Source: Chiloscyllium plagiosum (Eukaryota). From it: a stretch of DNA of 64,000 nucleotides. Below, piece by piece: positions 63,785 through 64,000 of this stretch (the stretch's first letter is position 1; each line of letters begins with the position of its first letter). The stretch covers positions 7,329,563 through 7,393,562 of the forward strand of contig NC_057718.1 of the NCBI RefSeq assembly GCF_004010195.1, read 5' to 3'. The position numbers were made by a program, and so were the translations under genes. The notes beneath the pieces were generated by a model. It searched no databases, was not told where the DNA came from, and saw only the letters and a list, made by a program, of their open reading frames with translations.

Positions 63785-64000
63785 TGCTGGAAAAGCACAG
63801 CAGGTCAGGCAGCATCCGAGGAGCAGGAAAATCAACATTCCGGGCAAAAGCCCGTCATCAAGAAGGGCAGATTCCTGATGAAGGGCTTTTGCCCAAAACG
63901 TCAATTTTCCTGCTCCTCGGATGCTGCCTGACTTGCTGTGCTTTTCCAGCACCACTCTAATCTTGACTCTAATCTCCAGCATTTGCACTGCGCACTTTCG
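63785..64000. mobile_element. Fold-back PLE-end insertion (family A)
   Basis: tgctggaaaagcacagcaggtcaggcagcatccgaggagcaggaaaat and its reverse complement; both hammerhead cores are mutated. Confidence 0.82.

Noticed and set aside
38632..64000. AIG1 first exon (GGSWKFLT, catalytic Thr)
   Set aside because: Not found by eye; probably beyond the window end. Later exons were likewise not found in 1-8740.

Overview
Vertebrate genomic DNA from a cartilaginous fish. HE1 V-SINEs, SacSINE1-like DeuSINEs and HER1/CR1 LINEs point to a shark, probably a carpet shark. The window lies inside one host gene on the minus strand: AIG1 (androgen-induced gene 1, FAR-17a/AIG1/ADTRP family FAHFA hydrolase). Three coding exons with canonical AG/GT sites are visible: 38631-38476, 30562-30461 and 8856-8741 (156, 102 and 116 nt, matching human exons 2-4 as I recall them). 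I did not find the first exon or the later exons. The introns are dominated by nested transposon fossils: CR1 LINEs (two young near-identical copies, one ORF1 remnant), L2 and Rex1/Babar fragments, three SINE families, three solo LTRs, Tc1/pogo-type MITEs and many Penelope-like elements (PLEs). The most striking non-coding pattern is that at least five distinct PLE end-sequence families carry minimal type I hammerhead ribozyme cores (CUGANGA-extra nt-stem II-GAAA-palindromic 4-mer). Many occur as short fold-back insertions with 7-16 bp target-site duplications (TSDs), so hammerhead sequence lies on both strands of the AIG1 pre-mRNA locus. Several local templated duplications and inversions are also present. 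Repeat boundaries are read by eye and approximate unless a TSD is quoted, and family names come from recall, not database searches.
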